Below are positions 39,205 through 49,958 of a DNA stretch of 64,000 nucleotides, piece by piece (the first letter of the stretch is position 1; each line of letters begins with the position of its first letter). The position numbers were made by a program, and so were the translations under genes. The stretch is from Podarcis filfolensis (taxonomy: Eukaryota). The notes below the pieces were generated by a model that made no database searches, had not been told where the DNA came from, and saw nothing but the letters and a program-made list of their open reading frames with translations. Location of the stretch: assembly GCA_964270895.1 (NCBI GenBank), contig OZ185440.1. One strand, 5' to 3'.

Positions 39205-39463
39205 GAAGAAAAAGAGGAGGAGGAGTTTGGATTTGATATCCCACTTTTATCACTACCCGAAGGTGTCTCAAAGCGGCTAACATTCTCCTTTCCCTTCACC
39301 CCCCACAACAAACACTCTGTGAGGTGAGTGGGGCTGAGAGACTTCAGAGAAGTGTGACTAGCCCAAGGTCACCCAACAGCTGCATGTGGAGGAGCGGAGA
39401 CGCGAACCTGGTTCCCCAGATTACGAGTCTACCGCTCTCAACCACTACACCACACTGGCTCTC
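39205..39463 (-). mobile_element. young tRNA-headed SINE (MIR/Ther1-derived, Squam3-like)
   Basis: Minus strand reads GAGAGCCAGTGTGGTGTAGTGGTTGAGAGCGG (A box)...CCAGGTTCGCGTCTCC (B box)...GGGTGACCTTGGGCTAGTCAC core...CCGCTTTGAG..., then a (CCT/CTT)n tail. Confidence 0.88.
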
Positions 39464-42223
39464 CATTAATACACCACACTTTGCTCCATTAATACTAAAT
39501 TTCTAGGCACACTTAGGGAATAATCCACATTATAGGACTTACTTTCAAGTAAAGATACATATGAGTGAGTTGTAAGAGTGACTCATGTTCTCACCATCCT
39601 TGTTTTGATATTACTAGCAAAATTGTGTCAGGCTGAAAGACACACACGTGAGCTTTAGCCCATAATAAATGCTCTACCCCTCGAGAGTAGAAAAGCTAAT
39701 ACATGATCAAAACAAATTCCTTAATTTAAAGGAATGATGAAAGTATCTTGAGATTTAGACTTACCCTCATCACACAAAAGCACCAAGGAGAACAATAATA
39801 AAGTTGGAAGAAATTTATTCAAAACTTTTTTTAAAATATAGCTGTAAGTCCAGCCCTCTTAAGTTCAACTCAAGGCCATCTCTTTTGTCTGTTCTGACTG
39901 GTTTGGGCACCGCTCTTAGCATTAAAGCACAAAGGTCAATATTGGGACTAGTCCAATGTAACTTGTTTTTTAAAAATGGCCCGAAATCACAACAGTAAAA
40001 TAGTCAAACATACAACTGTCACCAAATCTTTAACAAAATCCCACACAAATTGTGAAGAGCTCCATGAAGATCTCTACTAGACTAGATAAAATAATTGTTG
40101 AAGAGATTCAACTAAAGATCAATGTGATGTACAGTGGGACAAACAACAACCCAGCAAATGCACACTGATGGAATCCCACTTTTGACCTCTTGATTACCTC
40201 ATCTCATTGCCTGGTAAGTTCCCATACGAAATGTATGCATAAGTCAAGCTGCAATCCTACACATACTCTCCTGAGAGAAATTCCAATTGAACTCAATAGA
40301 ATATGCTTCCGAGTACACATGCATAGACTTGCCTTTTTCACACTCAGAGAAAGTGCACTAGATTTGCACTGGTACAGAGATGTAAACTTTAACTGTTTTG
40401 CACACCCTAAGAACTATTTTCTGTACCATATCTCAACAAGCAAGTTATAATTACATGGAGTACAGGTGTGACCATTGTTTGAATAATAACCATAGAATGC
40501 ATTTCATAAATCTAACAATTATATACATGTGAACATGTAGATAGACAGATTCTTCCCCCCGCCACACATACATATACATTTTTCTGGGTCTTCAGACCTT
40601 TACTCTAACAGGATTGCAAAACAGGGAATGCATGGGTTTATTTATAAAATTAAAATATTTATATGTCAAATTTCCATTTGACAACTCCCAAGAAACCTTC
40701 TAACAATAATAAAACTATAATAATTTAGATGGTGGCATGGGACTCTGTATCTGGACAGTCTCAAATACAAGAAAGAATTCCTTCTGGTGCTCAGGTCTCA
40801 AGCCATTTGGGATTTTAAAGGTAACCACCAGCACTTTAGTTTCAAGTTATAGAAGGTTGGCTGACCATAGGTTTTTAGATCAAATTCCTTCCTGAAAGGA
40901 AAGTTTTTCATTCATCTCCTTCTGTTCTCAGGAATTATTCTTTAGAATAAGTGTTCACATTAAATGTGTCTCCATTTTTTTAAAAAAAATCCCAAAACCT
41001 CCCTGCACATTTAAACTAATACTTTAAGTAAAAAGTTTAAGTACTTCAGAGAACACTAGGCTCCTAATCAGGCATGGAACAGATTTCCTAAATACCTTTG
41101 GTCAGGTGTTATTGATTTCTCTTATCAGCAAATTCTCCAGCTACTTTCTACATAGATGTTGCCAATGCTTCTGCAACATATGGCAGTATCCAAAGGGTTC
41201 ATTTTTTAAAGGAGCTCTGTCGTTAGCCTACAAAGGTTATAAAGGTAGTTTTGGCAAATGGAGATGGTTTGCGTATAGAGCCCTTCAAGGTTTCCTCTGC
41301 ATTCTAACTAAAAAGGCTTGTGTTACAGTTACAGTCAGCGTTTTGTTGACCTTTCCCTTTGGGTCACTGAATGAATAATGCAGTTGGAGAATTTATTTGG
41401 AAATGAACTAGCATGTGAACAGTCACACGGGTGAACAGTTAACCCATAAAGTGCAATCACGTATGAAATAACCATAAGGCGAAAAAAGAGGCACACCCCA
41501 GATTTAATCATCAATCTTGCTTATTTCTTCCTCCCTCATGACCTCTCATCTTCCATTCACTGCTACACAGAAAATGTTGGCACAGAGGAACACATACTAG
41601 CTGGCGAGATACAACCACCTTTCTGGGAAGAGTCCTGAGGTAACACTCAAAGACCGATTGTCTCCCTACCGGCCCAGTCGTGTGATCATCCACCCATACA
41701 AGCACTAGATCCCACTCAGGAGTTAAAACCAAGACAGGAAGATTCTGAAATTGCAGTACAGTGCTCGGTGGGTGACCCAAAGGGAGTTGTTTAGATGGCG
41801 AGCCTGAGGCTGTATGTTTGATGGGAAGGGGAAAAGGTGGGAGGCGAGGCGCTCCTGTGGTGAAAAGGAGGTTCTGACCACACATGGGGTGTACTTTAAT
41901 GGGTCTTCTCTTGAGAGTGAGAAAGGAAGCGAGAGGAAATCCCTCAAGTCTCATGGGATCCCTCATTTCCTCACTCTCAAGAGAAGATTCCTGGCAAGGC
42001 AGGGTCCACGTGAGGTGGTGGTGGAGGAGGAGGAAGAAAAAGAGCAGGACGGGAGGGACGTAAATAAGAAAAAATCACTGCGGGGCGAGAGGTTGACCTG
42101 GGCAAAGAAAACACATTGGATGCAGAACTGAAGCGCTCGCTCGCTCGCTTCCTCCTCCTCCTCCTGCACCACCACCACTACCCCGGAACGGATACCGCCT
42201 CCCTCCGCCTCCCATCTCCTCAC

Positions 42224-42330
42224 CAGAGCATCAGGGGGATCCCGGCCGCCCTTCCTCCGGGTTCGGGTTCTGGCTGCCCCGCCGCCCGCCATGCCGGGCC
42301 GGGCAGCGGCGGCAGTACTAGCCGGCCTCA
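42224..42330 (-). other. ST3GAL3: putative ST3GAL3 first (5' UTR) exon; 5' boundary uncertain
   Basis: GC/CpG-rich segment immediately downstream of the CCAAT cluster, ending in the donor CTG|GTGAGG at 42223; synteny and orientation fit. Not confirmed by transcript data. Confidence 0.6.
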
Positions 42331-42339
42331 GGGGCAGGA

Positions 42340-42670
42340 GGGGGGGCGTCGGTCACCAATCGCACAACAAGGCGGGACTTCCGATGGCCAATGGAGAAAG
42401 GCGAGGGGCATTCTCCACAAAGCGCTCAGCGACTGCGGGAGCGCGGGGGGCTCCCTGCCGCCCAATCAGAGGCAAGGAGGGTCCTCCACTCAAGCGTACC
42501 GAAGACGGAGGCCCTCAGCTGTCCAATCATGTGACGCGAGGAGCGGAGGGGGGCGAGGGCCGTCCAATCAGTGGGGCCGCATCCTTTTATTTTCCCTCTC
42601 CGGTTCTCCCCGCTCCCCCCTTTAACTCTAGGCGGGGCGTTAGATATCCTCTGTAGCCAATTGAGGAATA
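42340..42670. promoter_or_regulatory. CpG-island promoter of ST3GAL3 with six CCAAT boxes, GC boxes, an ETS site and a TCATGTGAC E-box
   Basis: CCAAT at 42356, 42388, 42462, 42523, 42564 and 42657; ACTTCCG at 42377; GGCGGGGCG at 42631; TCATGTGAC at 42527; the highest CpG density in the window. Confidence 0.8.
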
Positions 42671-44329
42671 GCGTGGGAGGACCAGCGTCCTCTGCAGAGA
42701 TTAGGAAGGGTCGGGGGGGCAGAATAATAAAGGTATGGACTGGAATCCCAGACACTGGGAAAGAGGGAAGGGAAGGAAGTCAGGAAGGGAGGAGAAGGGA
42801 CCAGTCGTAGCACATCCGACCTATTGTAGGCTGATTGAGACGCTAGCCGCTAGGAGGAAAAATTCTCGTCCGAATGCGGCAATGCGTGTAGGCTTGTGCA
42901 AAATGCCAATGGCATCCGTGGGTGACCGGGGCCAGATAAAGCTTTTGCGAAGAGCACATCGCTGCTTGCAGGCAGCCTCGCTTCCCCACCCAACCCAAAG
43001 GTGGGTACCGTGGAAAAGTTAACTCGCCTTTGACCGTGGGGGATGGGGGTAGGGAGGCGGGCAAAGGGTTGATAATCCCACAGGCACCGAGAGGCTGTCC
43101 TGGGAAGCTGAAGCGCAGCATGTTGGAGTCAGGGCACGCTTCCCTTCCCCACCGCTCAATGGAAACTTCCCCTGGGATTCCCCGTAATCCCCACATGACA
43201 TGCTAAAGAGAGCGGATGGTTAGTCTTGTTTGTACCTGATCCCGTGCGGAAAAGCAACAGCGGCAGCTCCCCCAGCTAAAGCAAGAGTAGGAGAGGGTTA
43301 AGGCGGCGGCAAGGCATGCCAGCGGAACTTCCGTCCTGCAAAATGCTAGTTTGGGTCCTCTCCAGGGGTGGGGGGGAAGGCTGTAGGGCAGAGCCTAAAT
43401 ATACAAAATGGAGCTGTAGAAGGGTAGGGGGAGATGTCTTTCAAGACATCTCCTCCTGGGGCTTGGATGTATTCTCTTCCTAAAACGATAAATAACATTA
43501 TGCTCTGCTGCCAACTGCAGGTATCAGAAATATCATGCAAAATAAGGGCTGTTTTGGACGTGGCCTGTAAGTCCCTTAATAAACACACAGAAACAGCAGC
43601 AGCAGCCTGATTGAAAAGTAGAATTGCGGTGCAATGAGAACAAAGGTGCTCCCAAAGATAGATAATAAAAGTAAGATTCTCCATAGGGAGGGAGACAAAC
43701 TACTTACCTGCATCTCAGCAAAATGAGATCCCTAAAAAGCTGAGACAAATAAAAATAACAGTCAATAAATAGACATAACCTAAGCCGTTACAGAAGCTTT
43801 TTAATAAGCCAAAATCCCTATAACAAAATCATGACTTCACCAGACACTTGAAATAATATAGTGAAGGAGCTTAACATTTCTCTCTTGGCAGGACATTCCA
43901 TAGGGTGGGTGCTACATGGGGAAAAGCCCTAAGCCTAGCTGACACTACCTTCACCTCATTAGGCTGTAGGACCTGCAGCAGAGTCTCAGATGATGATTGC
44001 AACTTGTGGAGCAGAGAAGCCTGCTGAAAAAGCTAGTCCATGAGATACCTACGTCCCAATCCATTGAAAGCTTTGTGGCTAATACCAATATCCTGAATTG
44101 AACCTGGAAACTAATCAGCAGTCAGTGCAAATCGCACATGCTTGACATGATAAAATCAAATTGCTGGGCACCATCAGGATGTGTCTGGAGAAGTGTCTAA
44201 GAAATTTAATACATAAATGGAACACAATCCAGCCTAAAAGAAGCATATACAAAGTTTACTTGATATTAGAATGAGAGAAATCTGCTGTTTAAATCAGGCA
44301 TTAAAGTCTTTAACATAGCCTGGAAAGTG

Positions 44330-44760
44330 CCCATAGAAATCATGCTTCCCGATTGCTTCCCAAAGGAAGGGGGTCCAGTGAATCATCTGGTCCAACTTTT
44401 GCCCTAGACCAGGATATTCTATACCTAATGCATTACCATTAAAGCATTAACTGAAGATTATTTAGCCGATACCTCCAATGTTCCCTCATCAGGTTTCTTA
44501 CAGTTAGAAAGTCGATCCTAATGCTTCACATAAATTAACCCTTACATATTGCCCTTTTCTCGGAGTGAACAACTCTGCCTGAAAACTCATACTGTTTCCC
44601 TCAGTTTTCTTTTCTGGACTAAAAAAATGCATGATTTCTCCCACATTTCCTCAGATAATTTGCCTTCTGGATTCTTTGTCTCTCTTGTATCTCACTTCTA
44701 AATCCTTTCTAATGTCAGTTCAACGACTTTTGCAGTTGAATCTCCCATGAATGCTATGTG
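44330..44760 (-). mobile_element. highly degenerate CR1 3' fragment
   Basis: CATAGAAATCATG...GAAGGGGGTCC..GAATCATCTGGTCCAAC start and downstream similarity to the antisense CR1 RT end. Confidence 0.4.
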
Positions 44761-44840
44761 TCATTATTGCTTCTTCAGTCTTGGAAACAGCTGCTCTTTT
44801 AATACGTATGAATATAACATCAGCTTTTTATGACGCAACG

Positions 44841-44986
44841 TTAGGAATAAGGAAAGCTGCCTTATACTGATTCGGATCATTCGTTATCCAGCTCAGTGTT
44901 GCCCAACATGGCTCTTCAAGGTTTCAGGTAAGAGTCTTTTCCAACCCTAACTGGAGATGCCAGGGATTGAACCTGGAACTTTCCAC
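44841..44986 (-). mobile_element. tRNA-derived SINE fragment
   Basis: Minus strand GTGGAAAGTTCCAGGTTCAATCCCTGGCATCTCC (B box)...TATAAGGCAGCTTTCCTTATTCCTAA tail. Confidence 0.75.
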
Positions 44987-46325
44987 ATTATTATTGTGTA
45001 GCAACGTTGATCCATAAAACTACAGGTCATATTTTTACTACAGATCAGTCATTATTTTGCACATGACACAAGAAGACCAAGTGGACTTTGTTCAGCTTAT
45101 GTTCAGCTTGGACTGATTGCCACCATTTAAAAAACCAATTGTATTTGGTATTTGCATATTTCTCATAAACACTTCAACATGTCCTCCTATCCCTGACATA
45201 TGAAGACTACTTCACTAGATGATAAAATGTCAGGTGTTGTGTTTCCCTATCATAATTTTAAAAATAAGGACACAACAGAGGTGCCATCCCCTCCCCCCAA
45301 TCATAATCATAAGCAATATGAAGAACTGGTGAAAATGAAGGGATTTGGATTTTCCTCTCAACTGTGTTAGCCCTGCCACCCTGCATTCAAGGAAATAATT
45401 CAATCCTCCAAGGATAATATGAACAGCGTATAAGGCAGTCCTCAAAGCCGACAGAACTAACCAAGAAATTGGCTCTAGAAATTGCATTAGTTTCTAAAGC
45501 TGCCTGAGATAACATATGGAAAGAGACTTAATCCACTAAACTCTGTTTGGATTAAATGAAACATTTCAACATTTCCTACTACAACAAATGGAAGAGGACT
45601 TTTGCTGCCAGCTTCCCATAGTCATCTCGTTGGCCACTGTGGGAGCAGAATGCTTGACAGTGGTCATCTGACTGAACGATCAGGGCTCTTCTCATGCTAT
45701 TCACTTTTTTTTCCTTTTCAGGACATATCCAAGAGAGGAAGCAACATAACACCATTTCTTTTCACTCACAGCTCCACCTAAAGCATTCCAATGTATCATC
45801 AGTGCTCATCCTAGACAACGAGATACCCTTCTCATAGTGCTTGAGTAGAAGGTCTGTCCTTGCTTACAGATGGCTCCCTAATTTAAAACAGCTACTCTCA
45901 CCAGCAACAATAGTCAACCAGACCCTGCAATAATACTATCCCAGGACCATGATAATAACAGTTACAACATCAAGGTGTCATTTGTCCACTCCTTGTCTGA
46001 TTTGTTATAGGCTGTCACCTGCTGGAAATGCCCTGTGGGGGGGTGGGGTGGGAGTTAGACCCATTTCATGCTACCAAGTCTAACTAGGCCCAAATTTGTG
46101 AGAGGATAGGCATACTGTCCAACAGAACTAAGTACAAGACATTGAAATTAATAAAAGCAAACAAGATTTAGTGACAAAAGGTTTTGTTGAACCTAATTAC
46201 TAATGAAATAAGATACTGGCAGCTGCTGGGTTGGCTTAACAGAGCTTAAACACCTTAACAAAGATACATGGTTCGTAAAGCAATTCTTTAGGAGAGACCT
46301 AGTCCCTGTGAAATAATGTGATAAA

Positions 46326-46505
46326 GTAGCCATGTTGGTCTGACGCAGTCAAAATAAATTAAAAAAATGTCCAGTAGTCCAGATCTGAAGAAGTGTGCAT
46401 GCACACAAAAGCTTATACCTAGAACAAACTTAGTTGGTCTCTAAGGTGCTATTGGACAATTTTTAAAGTTTTTTATTTATTTCAGACCAACACGGCTACC
46501 TACCT
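46326..46505. mobile_element. Penelope-like terminal repeat with inverted 5' copy and hammerhead-like core
   Basis: 46326-46377 is the inverse of 46449-46499; between them lies CTGAAGA-AGTGTGC-AT-GCACAC-AAAA-GC-TT-ATACC, followed by GAACAAACTTAGTTGGTCTCTAAGGTGCT. Confidence 0.75.
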
Positions 46506-47929
46506 GAATGTGATAAGGATTAGTATTATTCAGCACCTTCAGCTGAAGTCCACTTTAAGCAGTTGGGGCAAGCTATCACTATGTACAAGGTACAGAAACA
46601 ACAAGAATCCAGTCGCGGCTCATCACAACAATCCCTCATCACACCCCACGCTGAGCACAAAAAACTAAATGGCCTCATCATGGCTGGATGCTGGAGGGTT
46701 CGACCACTCACCTCTTCTCCAGCCAACTGTGTTCACTCACAAACCACATGACCTCTGATATAGGCAATGACCTGCTTCTGACAAAAGGTGAGATTAGCTA
46801 TTATCTAGGTAGTTAAGACAGACAGCGACAAGGTTCTCATTTGTTATTCAGCCTGTGTTTTGTCTCTCTGGAAACACAACTCCATGCTCTCAGGTGTCTT
46901 ACCTGCTGGAAAGCCTCCACAACAAAATCGGATTTCCTGCCACAATGAATCTTGAGACAACTGAATCTTGTGTGCTCAAGATCAGTCTATGCAGGCAACC
47001 ATCTAACTGCCACCTAGAAGATTAGGGCCATGATTACTGGGTGGTATTTAGGGCTTTAATGTGTTGTTTCACATTAAATGGTATTTTCAAACAGATGTCA
47101 AGCTGGATGTCGCTAAGAGGACATAAAAACTAGGAAGTAATTAAGTTTGATTAAACAACGTTATAATGTCGTACAGCTTCTCTGGGATTTACTGATGCTT
47201 TCAAGAAGAGAGCACATAAGAAAAACTCCAAGGTTTATTTGGCATGTGCAACTCTCCACTTCACCCTTTTCTCAGCAGGAATGTCCAGAACCAAGAAGAA
47301 AAAGAATCATCGCCATATTATCACCCTGCATAAAAGTGGAGAAGGAAATGGCTGCCCAAATAGGGAAGGGAAGGAAAATGGGGCAGAAGAGGAGAAGTAG
47401 GATAGAATTATAGGGACTTAACTCGGGGGAATCACCATTATCTGATCCCTTCCTTTTGCAAATCTAAAGTTTATAAATTTAAATTCACCTCTTTTATTTA
47501 TAAAAGATGGGCTTAAGTTGGTCATAATTCGCAACTCTGCTTAATCTTTTGAGTCTATACTCCCTGTTCTAGGAACATATTTTGTTCTTTCAAATTGTTA
47601 AGTGTTAAAACAATTGTCTCTTATAAGATCTTGTTCTTTTATCTAGTACTTCTTTCTCTGAAAGCCTGCAATTGCTGTAATTGTGACAGGGGGTGATATG
47701 AGGGAGAAGTAGCAGTTGGAAAACAGCTCTGTTGTGTTTGCTTCTGAGTTGTACCCATCCCTGCTATTTCTCCTTGTTGAAACTGGTCAATTTGTGGGTT
47801 GCCTTGCCAATAGTCAGACAATAGCTTTGCATATTCAAAGGTTCATGCGCTGCTCACAGGACCAGCCCAGAGAGTGAAGTGATTGTGTTAGGTGGCAGAG
47901 GTGTGTGTTTGTGTGGCTGCCACTCAGCA

Positions 47930-47930
<1 letters not shown>

Positions 47931-47969
<39 letters not shown>

Positions 47970-48090
47970 CTTCTTCTTCTTCTTCTTCTTATTATTATTA
48001 TTATTATTATTATTATTTATTTCTACCCTGCCCATCTGGCTGGGTCTCCCCAGCCACTCTGGGTGGCTTCCAACAAAAGATTAAAATAAA
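47931..48090 (-). repeat. (CTG)12(CTT)8(ATT)9 microsatellite attached to an L2 3' tail
   Basis: Repeat counts read directly; followed by TACCCTGCCCATCTGGCTGGGTCTCCCCAGCCACTCTGGGTGGCTTCCAAC, also found at ~50270, ~51580 and ~52350. Confidence 0.85.
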
Positions 48091-49029
48091 ATACTATTAT
48101 CTCTGTTGGAAGCAGAGTGCACCATGCATCCTGTCCTGCATCCCCTAACTAGCCTACTGCCCTCAAGCACAGTGGAGGACAATGTCCTGTTACCTGCACT
48201 GAAATAAGAGGGTGGGGAAGGTGCCGACATGTCCTTTGGGCAGCCAGTGGTCTTAGGTGTGCTGTGTTTGTTATCCTTAGTACTTCACAGCACATACAAT
48301 GGTGAAAAGGGCACACACTTTCCTGCTATCAGAGAACTTTGCTTCTCTAAGCAGCTCTCTTCTTCTTCCCTCTCCTCTAAATCCATGTCTTATATATATT
48401 CTACTAAGCAAATAATTATTTTAAATGAGACAAAATTCCTGTGTTTCTTAAAGCCAGGAAGTTATGATCAACAGAATAGATAAAGGCACAGTGATGAATC
48501 AATCAATGTGCAAATAGGTTCCATTAATTTTCTCATCATATCTTGTTGCTAACTTAGTCTATTCCAGGTGTCTCTCAGAAAAGCATCCCAGCAGGAGCCT
48601 TTTAACTTAATGGAAGTAAGCAGAGGCTGCTCTGTGGGTGATAAGCCGAGTCCCATAGTTGTAATTGTTAACAAAATGTTAGAGAGCTCAGGTGCAGCCC
48701 TAGGGAGTAGCTATCCTTCTTTCTAACTAAGCTCAGCGAACTAAGTGGAAGAGGAAGTTCTGCTGATACTCAACTCTCTGACTCAGACTATGGCCAGATT
48801 TACAAAAAGGCCAATAAATGAACAATGCAGGCAGTACTCACACCTCTTTGGCACGCTGATCTAGCTCTTGGATTTCAGCAGCGATAATTCATCATCCATC
48901 ATCCTCCGGAGTCTATTGTGCTAAATGAGTGGCTGTAGCCTACCTCTAGTCAGCCTCTCACTAACTCCAGCTTTCATCTGTCTAATTTTTTACTAGTTGA
49001 TTTGTCCTTGCCCCATCACCCTCTGCTTT

Positions 49030-49145
49030 GTGTGCTTGATTAAGACTTATAGAAGTTTGCCACACTTCAGTGACATTTGGATGGGTTCCAAGAAAGGTAT
49101 CGCTCAGCTTTGGAGGTTTTTTCTTTTGGACCAACACAGCTACCT
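49030..49145 (+). mobile_element. degenerate Penelope-like fragment
   Basis: GTTTGCCACACTTCAGTGACATTTGGATGGGTTCCAAGAAAGGTATCGC matches the 32210-32448 arms; GGACCAACACAGCTACC matches the 46490 terminus. Confidence 0.45.
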
Positions 49146-49958
49146 TTGCTTTTTAGAACCCACTGTGACCCTGCAGGGGACCCTGGGACATGCCTCTCAG
49201 TTAATATGCAGCCTTAGTAGCCATAAAAATATCAGTATCTTAAATAATTGTCTGGGTTGTTTATGCAGTTGAGCCAGCCATGTATAATGATTCCATGAGA
49301 GAGGAGTCTTGCCTGAGTGATTCTGAGGTGAGTCAGTTCTTACGTCACATGGCCAACACTTTGTTGTGTATACATCAGTCTTTGTGACAATGAGCACTGG
49401 AAAGTGTGAAGCAAAAAGCCTGTAGATAATGCATACAGTGCGTGGCAGCTGTGGCTGGATTAGGGTTCCCTGGCAGAAGTCCACTACTCACCTCTTCCTT
49501 CACATGCTTCTCCTTCACACTTTGTGGTGTTTACAATGCAAACATTTGTACACATATAACAAATGCAATTGCCATGCATCATGCATTTACTGTAGGTGAA
49601 AGCTAGATTAGAAACACGGAGTTGTTGTTCAAACCAGATTTTTTTGGGTGTGGCTGTGTGCAAATTGAATCAGTGAGGAAGTGCTGAGAAAGGAAGCATT
49701 TACATCTTCCCCCATGTGTCCCCCCCCCCATGCCCAGTCTAAATCTATATACCCTTCCTCCCCCATTTGCCTCATGAGGGAAAGCATGCAGGTACATGTA
49801 TCATGTTGCCTGTATTCTCCCCTCTCCCAGAACAAATAACAGCATTTTTGGAAATGTATTACTTAGATCAATACAAATGCATGTGTTTTTATATTGTAAA
49901 CCGCCCTGTGATCTTCAGATGAAGGGCAATATGGAAATTTAAAGAATGTAATAATAGG

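Noticed and set aside
42116-42810. Long GC-rich ORFs on both strands (169, 121, 109 aa), including a plus-strand ATG in a GCCGCCCGCCATG context at 42291
   Set aside because: They run through the CCAAT promoter, have low-complexity G/A/R/P composition typical of stop-poor CpG islands, and resemble no known protein.
47500-47830. Minus-strand Q-rich short ORF and A-rich downstream sequence, possibly L1 or ERV derived
   Set aside because: No diagnostic motif recognised; cannot be supported without a database search.
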